Of a stretch of DNA of 33,472 nucleotides, positions 1 through 6,079 are shown in pieces. Each line of letters starts with the position of its first letter. Positions within the stretch are counted from its first letter, which is position 1. This stretch comes from Planctomycetota bacterium. Its GTDB lineage: Bacteria > Planctomycetota > Planctomycetia > Pirellulales > Pirellulaceae. The notes beneath the pieces are model-generated. The model ran no database searches and was not told the DNA's origin. It was given only the letters and a program-made list of their open reading frames with translations. Position numbers and translations under genes: made by a program. The stretch lies in the NCBI GenBank assembly GCA_046074805.1, contig JBJTOW010000358.1:1-33472 (forward strand), given 5' to 3'.

Positions 1-118
1 CCTTGACCAACCCCAACAGGATGTGCTCGGTGCCGATGTACTCGTGATTGAACCGCTGGGCTTCCTGGTTCGCCAGCTGCATCACCTTCCGCGCCCTGTC
101 CGTAAACCGCTCGTACAT
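1..118 (-). CDS. clpC: ClpC-type AAA+ chaperone (Clp protease ATP-binding subunit), first 39 codons only; the gene runs off the left edge
   Basis: Absent from the ORF track because it is an edge ORF. The reverse complement of 1-118, starting at the ATG at 118-116, reads [39 protein letters not shown]. This is the canonical start of the ClpC Clp_N domain. Confidence 0.8.
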   Translation of the reverse strand, partial: MYERFTDRARKVMQLANQEAQRFNHEYIGTEHILLGLVK

Positions 119-299
119 TTCTCCCCCAATTCTTTCGCGGCGACCGCCCGGAGGAGAATTCCGCCCGGCCTTCACCGCGATCAGCAGATGTGTCGTGTCG
201 CTGTCCGAATCCTAGGTGTCGAAACCTGTTTCGTCGAAAAAATCTTCAAGCTCGTGGAAATCCGCCAGACGAGCCAACGTAGGCTGTCCCCTTGTCGTG

Positions 300-356
300 C
301 GGCTAGCCCGTTGTGACCCGGCTAGCCCGTTGTCACCCGGCTAGCCCGTTGTCAGA
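300..356. repeat. Three tandem copies of a 19-bp unit (CGGCTAGCCCGTTGTSACC); each copy contains the 8-bp palindrome GGCTAGCC
   Basis: Direct reading gives units at 300-318, 319-337 and 338-356, with 1-3 mismatches at the unit ends. The TGA stop (333-335) of the TPR gene lies inside unit 2. The array sits about 180-240 nt upstream of the clpC start. Confidence 0.9.
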
Positions 357-1151
357 CGCTGGCTCATCGACCGCCGACTTTTGCAATCGCTTCAAACTCT
401 CCCATTCGCGGTGGAATTCGAGCGACCAGCGTTCCGCTCCACTCAACCTCGCGAACTCCTCCAGTTGCACTTTGGCGTCCGTCAACCGGCCCATGCGTCG
501 CAATAACGTCGCCAAGAGCAACCGCGACTCGATGTCGTCGGGACGCATTTCGAGCAACGGTCGCAACTGCGATTCGGCTTCCGGCCAGTGGCCTTTCAAG
601 TAAGCTTCTTGAGCGGCGGCGAACCGGCGATCGCAATCTTCCTTTTTTGGCAGCCTCGCTATCCCCGTTCGCCACCTGTGCGAATTCCGCGCCGAAACGA
701 GCCAAAACAATCCGCACGCGGCCCATAAAACGCCCATTTCAAAGCGGTTACCGCTTCCCAGGGTGTCGAACGTAGCCAGCAACGCGGCATTGAGCATAAC
801 CGAGAAAAGGAACGCGGTGGCAAGCCCACGCCACTGTCCGGCCATCCATAGACGCGGCATTCCCGGCCACGCTAGCATCCAGAGCCCCGGCAGTCGAACT
901 AGATCGGCGGTCGCCAGGACACCAGCAGAGGGCGAGTTGCCGATGACGCGCGTCCCAACGGCCGCGGTCAACTCTCGCGAGTTACCATGCGATTGGTCCG
1001 ACTTGTCACCCGCCGCTGCCATCACTCCCTCGATTCCGCCGCCCGACCGCTCCGAATCGATGGGCCAATCCCCCTCGACCAATAGCGATATGCTCCCGCC
1101 GGAAGCGACGGAAAAACGATGTCGCCTTCGAGCGGAAAAGATTCCTTCCAC
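333..1151 (-). CDS. Membrane protein with a C-terminal TPR-like repeat region (hypothetical)
   Basis: ORF track, 272 aa. Hydrophobic segments include LATAFLFSVMLNAALLATF and VLWAACGLFWLVSA. They are followed by a TPR-like stretch (AAAQEAYLKGHWPEAESQLRPLLEMRPDDIESRLLLATLLRRMGRLTDAKVQLEEF). The start is uncertain; an internal ATG at 1022 is an alternative. Confidence 0.5.
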   Translation of the reverse strand: MEGIFSARRRHRFSVASGGSISLLVEGDWPIDSERSGGGIEGVMAAAGDKSDQSHGNSRELTAAVGTRVIGNSPSAGVLATADLVRLPGLWMLAWPGMPRLWMAGQWRGLATAFLFSVMLNAALLATFDTLGSGNRFEMGVLWAACGLFWLVSARNSHRWRTGIARLPKKEDCDRRFAAAQEAYLKGHWPEAESQLRPLLEMRPDDIESRLLLATLLRRMGRLTDAKVQLEEFARLSGAERWSLEFHREWESLKRLQKSAVDEPASDNGLAG

Positions 1152-1381
1152 GTCAAGCGGATTCTATCCAGCAATGCCCATGGCGACAAGGCAACTAAAT
1201 AGCTGGCTTGGCTTTGCGACGCGCGGACGTGCGGCAGGTCATGGCCCGCAGAAACTTGAATATTTTTCCCGGCCCGCTGTCGGGAGGCGATTCGTTTTGG
1301 ACCTATTCCCTGAGGAACAAGCCGCAAACGGATGCGGCCCGAGTCCGACCCCGGTTTTCACTTGCCTCAAGGAACTCAGCC

Positions 1382-1765
1382 GTGAAAAAGCTCATTCTCT
1401 CGCTTGCCGCACTCGCCTCGTTGGGATTGGGAGTTTCCACAACGATGGCCAATGACCTGTTCCGCTGGACGCCGTCCCGCATTCCCAGTTCACCGTCCCG
1501 CACGGTCTATCGACCGGACTACCGCGCAGATCTGCGATTCTCGGGCTTCGAGTATCGCACCGGCGGGCCGAATGGCGGAATAACTCTACGATTTGGCGGA
1601 AGCACTCCCGTTCCGCACCACCACGGGCACTCCACCTGCCGCCCATGCGGGTGCCCACACTCGCACACGCACTGCCATCATTCGCGGGATTACGACCGTC
1701 ACTCGCCTCGCGACTATCGCGACTATCGCGACTATCGCGATCACCGCGACTATCGCGGTTGGTGA
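1382..1765 (+). CDS. Small secreted His/Cys-rich protein with a C-terminal (RDY)n repeat (hypothetical, putative metal-binding)
   Basis: Same frame as ORF 1208..1765. A GTG at 1382 gives VKKLILSLAALASLGLGVSTTMA, a classic Sec signal peptide. The mature part contains HHHGHSTCRPCGCPHSHTHCHHSRDYDRHSPRDYRDYRDYRDHRDYRGW. Start choice is by signal-peptide logic only. Confidence 0.55.
   Translation: MKKLILSLAALASLGLGVSTTMANDLFRWTPSRIPSSPSRTVYRPDYRADLRFSGFEYRTGGPNGGITLRFGGSTPVPHHHGHSTCRPCGCPHSHTHCHHSRDYDRHSPRDYRDYRDYRDHRDYRGW
1709..1757 (+). repeat. In-frame 9-bp tandem repeat (CGCGACTAT, about 5 units) encoding RDY repeats
   Basis: Units at 1709-1717, 1718-1726 and 1727-1735 are identical. 1736-1744 is a variant (CGCGATCAC). 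1745-1753 is identical again, followed by a partial CGCG. Confidence 0.9.
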
Positions 1766-1810
1766 ATGGATCGGGACGGATGCGGCAACTTGAACCTCAC
1801 GGAGAGCGGG

Positions 1811-4042
1811 TCAGCGGCCGCCGAGTTCGCTGACCCGAGTGAACTCCTGTCCCGTCACAACGCCATCGCCGTCCGCGTCCAGGAATCGAAAATGTCGCTC
1901 GAGGAGCGCAGGGTTGTTCCGGTAGCGAGCCACCTCATTGAAAGCCTGTCGCGCCTCGTCCAACGTCATCCGGCCATCGCGGTTCGCGTCCGCCTTCGCG
2001 AACCGCGAGTCGACCGCCACACCTCGAAACGCCTCCGCGATTCGCTGACCGACCGTTTTGGGCTTATCGTCCGCGTCAGTCCCGCCCGCCGCTAGTCCGC
2101 CAGCCTTCAATCTGCCAGCCTTCGATCCGGATGCCGCGTTTCCCGAATCGTTCTTGGGTTCCTCGCGGCTTGATGCGTCAGCCGACGAAGGTTTGCCCGG
2201 AACGTAATACTCAATGTAGCCCAGCAACATTTCGTCAAACGTTTGCGGGCCCCATCGCACGGTTCGCTCGGGATCCGGATTCGCCGGATTGCCGGCACTG
2301 TTGTCGAACCAGCCCGTGACTTGTAAAGTCGTCCCAGCGGTCGCCGCGTAGGGCTCGGCGAGCCGGTACTGCAACTGCCAATTGAAGTCGTAGCGAGGTA
2401 TATCCAGCAGAACTTCCACTTGGCCGTCGGACCGTGTCGCTTCATAGCGAAACGCCTTTCCTCGCAGATGCATATGCGGCATGAACGCCAACACGATCGC
2501 GTCGCGCGGCACGCGCAGCGATGCCTGTTCCGCGTGATCCGACGCGCCCGGCGGAATCCGTATCCGGGTGTTCGCGATGCCAACCGTTTCCACCACATGC
2601 CGCGGTGGATCCTTTGTGAACCGTAGGGCGAGTTCCGTTCGATCCTCGGTCGCTTGGCCATTGGGCGTGTAATGCATTTGAAAAAGAAGCCTTGATCCCT
2701 TCGGCAGCTTCTTCGCGAATCCCGTCGGATAAACCTGGCTACTATTCCCTGGAACATACGCGGCGAAAAAGCCACTTCGCTCGTCGGGCTCCGCCCCACC
2801 CCGCCGACCATTTCCGTCCAGCACGAACACCAACACGTGATGCACGACCTCGCGCCGCGTTGGTCGAACCTCGAAAGCTTCCACCCATCGATCGTCCGTC
2901 AAGCCAGTCTCGACCACCAGATGCTGATACGGCATGGTGCCCTCGGCCTTGATGGGAACCGACTTCGGCAAACGCACCACCAAGTCCGGCTTGCCGATTT
3001 TCCATTCGCCGGGAACAGCCAGGGGGATAGGAGCGTCCGCCGAGTCCCCTTCCGGCAATCCATGGCCCAGCCAGGCGAGCAAGTCGTCGCGGTCGGCGGC
3101 GGAGAGCGAACGGTCGTTCAGCCAGCGAGCGGCGCCATGACTCTCCCGGGCGAACCATGGCGGCATACGCTGTTGTTGCACCACTTGCTGGATCATCGCT
3201 TTGTGAGCCGACACCTGTTCCAGCGTTTCCAAAGCGAAGGGGGCCAATCCTCCCGTCCGATGGCACTCGACGCAGTTTCTTTGCAAGATCCGCGAGATGC
3301 GATTGTGGTATGTCCATGGCCCCGGTGATCGCCACGTTTCCTGGTTCAACTCAAGAACACAACCGGGAGCGGCCGTCGCCTCAATCGCAGGCCGAACACC
3401 GCCGAGCATCGCTTCCAGCGCGTCGGCCAAGTACCGATTACGGGCCGAGTCCCGGGCGTAGTCGAGTCCGTATTGGTCGTCCACGGCGCCGTGATAGCGA
3501 ACTGTCCCCGCGGCATCGATCAGCACCGTATCGGTCGTCGTCGCCGCGCCCACCAATTGAGCGATTGCGGGCGATTTGTCCCGAACACATGACAGCCGCG
3601 GTGCGACGGCCGCCAGCAGTTCACGCAGCGGATCGACCGCTTTCCCAGGCAAGGACGTCTTGTTGTCCAGCGGCGGTTCAGCGGCCGCCACCAACAAAAA
3701 GCGCACCCCGCGCTGTTCATAGGTGTCGGCCAACCGGGCCAGCACGGGCAAATACTTGCGGCTGAGCGGACAGGTCGAACTGGTCATCGCCACGACGATA
3801 CCTTTGGCGGGAGGCCCAAAGCGGCCTTCGTCGCCTTCGAGATCCCGCCAAGCTGGCAGCACAACTCTACGCCCAACGCCATGATCGCCGGGCCGCAGAA
3901 TTTTAGGCGTCGCCGCAAGATCGGCCGCGTCGCTGGGGCTTGGCGCGCTACCAGCCAACGCCACGCCGACCGTCAAAATCCAAGACGCCATCGAGCGCGA
4001 AGCACATATTCGACGAAAATCGATCTTGGATTGGCAACGCAT
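1811..4042 (-). CDS. Secreted multidomain protein: thioredoxin-fold (redoxin) domain, Planctomycete-type c-haem module, copper type II ascorbate-dependent-monooxygenase-like (PHM/DBH-like) domain, and a C-terminal EF-hand pair
   Basis: ORF 1811..4324 is trimmed to the ATG at 4042 (MRCQSKIDFRRICASRSMASWILTVGVALAG, signal-like), because the longer form overlaps the upstream gene. Motifs seen: redoxin-like TSSTCPLSRKYLPVLARL; CVECH; HHVLVF, QMHYTP, PHMHLRG and FDEMLLGY (candidate Cu ligands); and two canonical EF-hand loops, DANRDGRMTLDE and DADGDGVVTGQE. Confidence 0.8.
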   Translation of the reverse strand: MRCQSKIDFRRICASRSMASWILTVGVALAGSAPSPSDAADLAATPKILRPGDHGVGRRVVLPAWRDLEGDEGRFGPPAKGIVVAMTSSTCPLSRKYLPVLARLADTYEQRGVRFLLVAAAEPPLDNKTSLPGKAVDPLRELLAAVAPRLSCVRDKSPAIAQLVGAATTTDTVLIDAAGTVRYHGAVDDQYGLDYARDSARNRYLADALEAMLGGVRPAIEATAAPGCVLELNQETWRSPGPWTYHNRISRILQRNCVECHRTGGLAPFALETLEQVSAHKAMIQQVVQQQRMPPWFARESHGAARWLNDRSLSAADRDDLLAWLGHGLPEGDSADAPIPLAVPGEWKIGKPDLVVRLPKSVPIKAEGTMPYQHLVVETGLTDDRWVEAFEVRPTRREVVHHVLVFVLDGNGRRGGAEPDERSGFFAAYVPGNSSQVYPTGFAKKLPKGSRLLFQMHYTPNGQATEDRTELALRFTKDPPRHVVETVGIANTRIRIPPGASDHAEQASLRVPRDAIVLAFMPHMHLRGKAFRYEATRSDGQVEVLLDIPRYDFNWQLQYRLAEPYAATAGTTLQVTGWFDNSAGNPANPDPERTVRWGPQTFDEMLLGYIEYYVPGKPSSADASSREEPKNDSGNAASGSKAGRLKAGGLAAGGTDADDKPKTVGQRIAEAFRGVAVDSRFAKADANRDGRMTLDEARQAFNEVARYRNNPALLERHFRFLDADGDGVVTGQEFTRVSELGGR

Positions 4043-4050
4043 AATCGACC

Positions 4051-4659
4051 TTATCGTGGCGAATAGGGGAACTCGGGAAGTTGCTGTAGGTAGGCGGGGC
4101 AAACGCCCTTCAGCCAGATGTAGTTGTGATCGATTCGTTTCGCTGAAACAACGCGGACGAAGATGAGGCCAAAGATGGCGAACGCCAATGTTCCGAAAAT
4201 GCCTCCGAATATTAGAGGCAAGAAGGCGGGAGACGTGTTCGCGTCGAATTGGAACGCGGCGATAAACGCGGCGACCGAGCCCAATCCACCGAGCCACGAA
4301 ACCCAGATCACCGTTCGCCGCCAAGCTAAGCCTTCAGGGCCCAAGCCAATTTCGATCTTTGCCCGATGACCCAGGATGTTCGCGAGCACAACGTAAATAA
4401 TAAGGTTCAGTAGCAGACTCAAGTAAATCGCGGGGTGATGCCAAAAAAGCTTTTGCGTTAACCGAGTGGAGGTTGGCTCATTGGTCTTCACGCAGCGATC
4501 TGGCAGCCGCGCCATCCGATGCATCACCAGCAAGTTGCCTTGCCGCCAAACACCACCCTCGTACGGGTTGCCAGCGGAATTGGGGAAAACGGCACCGGCC
4601 GGATTCAACGGTGCCTGATAGGGATTGGCGTTAGCGTCACTGAACGGGTTTTGCGACAT
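4051..4659 (-). CDS. Hypothetical membrane protein (Pro/Asn-rich N-terminus, 3-4 TM helices)
   Basis: ORF track, 202 aa. N-terminus MSQNPFSDANANPYQAPLNPAG, followed by hydrophobic helices (AIYLSLLLNLIIYVVLANIL, VIWVSWLGGLGSVAAFIAAF, FLPLIFGGIFGTLAFAIFGLIFV). It packs tightly between neighbours, with gaps of 52 and 8 nt. Confidence 0.6.
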   Translation of the reverse strand: MSQNPFSDANANPYQAPLNPAGAVFPNSAGNPYEGGVWRQGNLLVMHRMARLPDRCVKTNEPTSTRLTQKLFWHHPAIYLSLLLNLIIYVVLANILGHRAKIEIGLGPEGLAWRRTVIWVSWLGGLGSVAAFIAAFQFDANTSPAFLPLIFGGIFGTLAFAIFGLIFVRVVSAKRIDHNYIWLKGVCPAYLQQLPEFPYSPR

Positions 4660-4711
4660 TGTCTAGGAGATCCTGACCTCGAGGTGCGTGCGAAAAGATA
4701 GGGCGGGCCTG

Positions 4712-6061
4712 CTACGAAATCGCCTCGCGAATCAACGGAGCGTCTTCGACGATCAACTTCACGGGGCGATTCGCTGGCGTGTGGATTACTGTGTCCGGAT
4801 CGATTCCCAGGAGGTGGTAAAGCGTGCGGCCGAAGCTCTCGACCTTGTGGAATCCCGAGACAACTTGCTCACCCTTGGCGTCCGTCGCCCCAACCACACA
4901 ACCACGATTGAAGCCGCCCCCGGCAGCCAATACAAACTGCGCGTAGTCCCAATGGTCGCGGCCAGCGCCGGATTCTTTCGGTTTATCAATCTTCGGCTTT
5001 CTCCCCATCTCTCCCAACGCCAACACCAAAGTCGAATCAAGCAACCCGCGTTCGTCCAGATCGTCGAGCAAGGACGCCAAACCAAGGTCGAACATCGGTA
5101 TCTGCTGCCGGCCGGCGGTGAAGTTATCGCCATGCCAATCCCAATATCCAAGGTTGAAGTGAACCACTGGCACTCCCGCCTCGATCAATCGCCGCGCCAG
5201 CAGGAAATGCAGGGGATCGCCAATCGGGTAACGCGCCTTGGCCGGTTTGTTCCGCGTGAACCGCTCGACGGACGCCGTCGGCTCCTTCGAGAGATCGAGC
5301 GCTTCCCTGAGCTTTGGGGAACGCAACAGATTGAAGGCCGTGTGCTGGTATTGATCCAAGCCGGCGATTTGCGCGTCGCGGGCATCGTCGCGTCGCAGGC
5401 GTTGGTCGAGCAACCGTAGCAGATTGACGTTCCGCTCTAGCACCGGGATGTCCAATTGGGGCGTGAGCATCCGCGTCACCGCGTCTTTATCCTTGAGCGG
5501 TTGCATCACGAACGGCGCGTGAGCCGACCCGAGAAAACTACGGGCCAAAGCGTTGTGCGTATGCACATCGATTTCGTCAAGCACGACGAAGGAAGGCAAG
5601 TCCACCGGCCCCGGCCGCAGGCGATTGACCACGCTTCCGACCATCGGGTATTCGTCGCTTCCCGTCGTCAGCCGTGGGTTGCCTGTCAGCCAATACAGTG
5701 GAGCTTGACTGTGATCGCCCGGTTTATTCAGCGTCGTCACCGATCGAATCACGGTGTACTTGTCGGCTCGTTTCGCCAACTCGGGCAAAAGTTCTCCGAC
5801 CTGTAATCCCGGCACCTTGCTGGCGATGGGCTGGAAGACGCCGCGGTATTCTTCCGACGCGTCCGGCTTCATGTCGAACATATCCAAGTGCGGCGGGCCT
5901 CCGCCGAGCCAGCACACGATCATCCGTTTCGCTTGCCCTCGGCGGCCAACGGCGGCGTCGGAGCCGGAAGTAGCGGCGCCGGCGTTCGCGCGGAGCAGGT
6001 CCATCGTTCCGATACCGCACAGTCCCAGACCGCCGATGCTGAGGAAATCGCGTCGTCGCAT
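4712..6061 (-). CDS. DUF1501 family protein (sulfatase/alkaline-phosphatase-like fold) with a Tat signal
   Basis: Twin-arginine start MRRRDFLSIGGLGLCG. Family-typical motifs WLGGGPPHLDMFDMKPDA and GRDHWDYAQF. It sits immediately downstream of a DUF1549/DUF1553 gene, the usual pairing. Confidence 0.9.
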   Translation of the reverse strand: MRRRDFLSIGGLGLCGIGTMDLLRANAGAATSGSDAAVGRRGQAKRMIVCWLGGGPPHLDMFDMKPDASEEYRGVFQPIASKVPGLQVGELLPELAKRADKYTVIRSVTTLNKPGDHSQAPLYWLTGNPRLTTGSDEYPMVGSVVNRLRPGPVDLPSFVVLDEIDVHTHNALARSFLGSAHAPFVMQPLKDKDAVTRMLTPQLDIPVLERNVNLLRLLDQRLRRDDARDAQIAGLDQYQHTAFNLLRSPKLREALDLSKEPTASVERFTRNKPAKARYPIGDPLHFLLARRLIEAGVPVVHFNLGYWDWHGDNFTAGRQQIPMFDLGLASLLDDLDERGLLDSTLVLALGEMGRKPKIDKPKESGAGRDHWDYAQFVLAAGGGFNRGCVVGATDAKGEQVVSGFHKVESFGRTLYHLLGIDPDTVIHTPANRPVKLIVEDAPLIREAIS

Positions 6062-6079
6062 ACCGCCCTGCCCTTCCGA

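Noticed and set aside
300-356. Whether the short tandem repeats (300-356, 1709-1757, 9967-10002, 32498-32536) could be CRISPR arrays.
   Set aside because: The units are directly adjacent with no unique spacers, are only 7-19 bp long, and no cas genes are present.
4043-4324. The 94-codon N-terminal extension of ORF 1811..4324.
   Set aside because: It overlaps the 3' end of the upstream gene 4051..4659 by 274 nt and is Arg-rich with no signal peptide. The ATG at 4042 gives a signal-like N-terminus and an 8-nt gap.
4688-5419. Long plus-strand ORFs antisense to the minus-strand genes, for example 763..1455, 4688..5419, 5888..6565, 7475..8143, 11773..12423, 14362..15105, 16244..16966, 22204..22938 and 29823..30581.
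   Set aside because: Their translations are Arg/Pro/Ser/Ala-rich low-complexity sequence with no recognisable motifs. Each lies entirely inside a strongly supported opposite-strand gene. These are typical shadow ORFs of GC-rich DNA.
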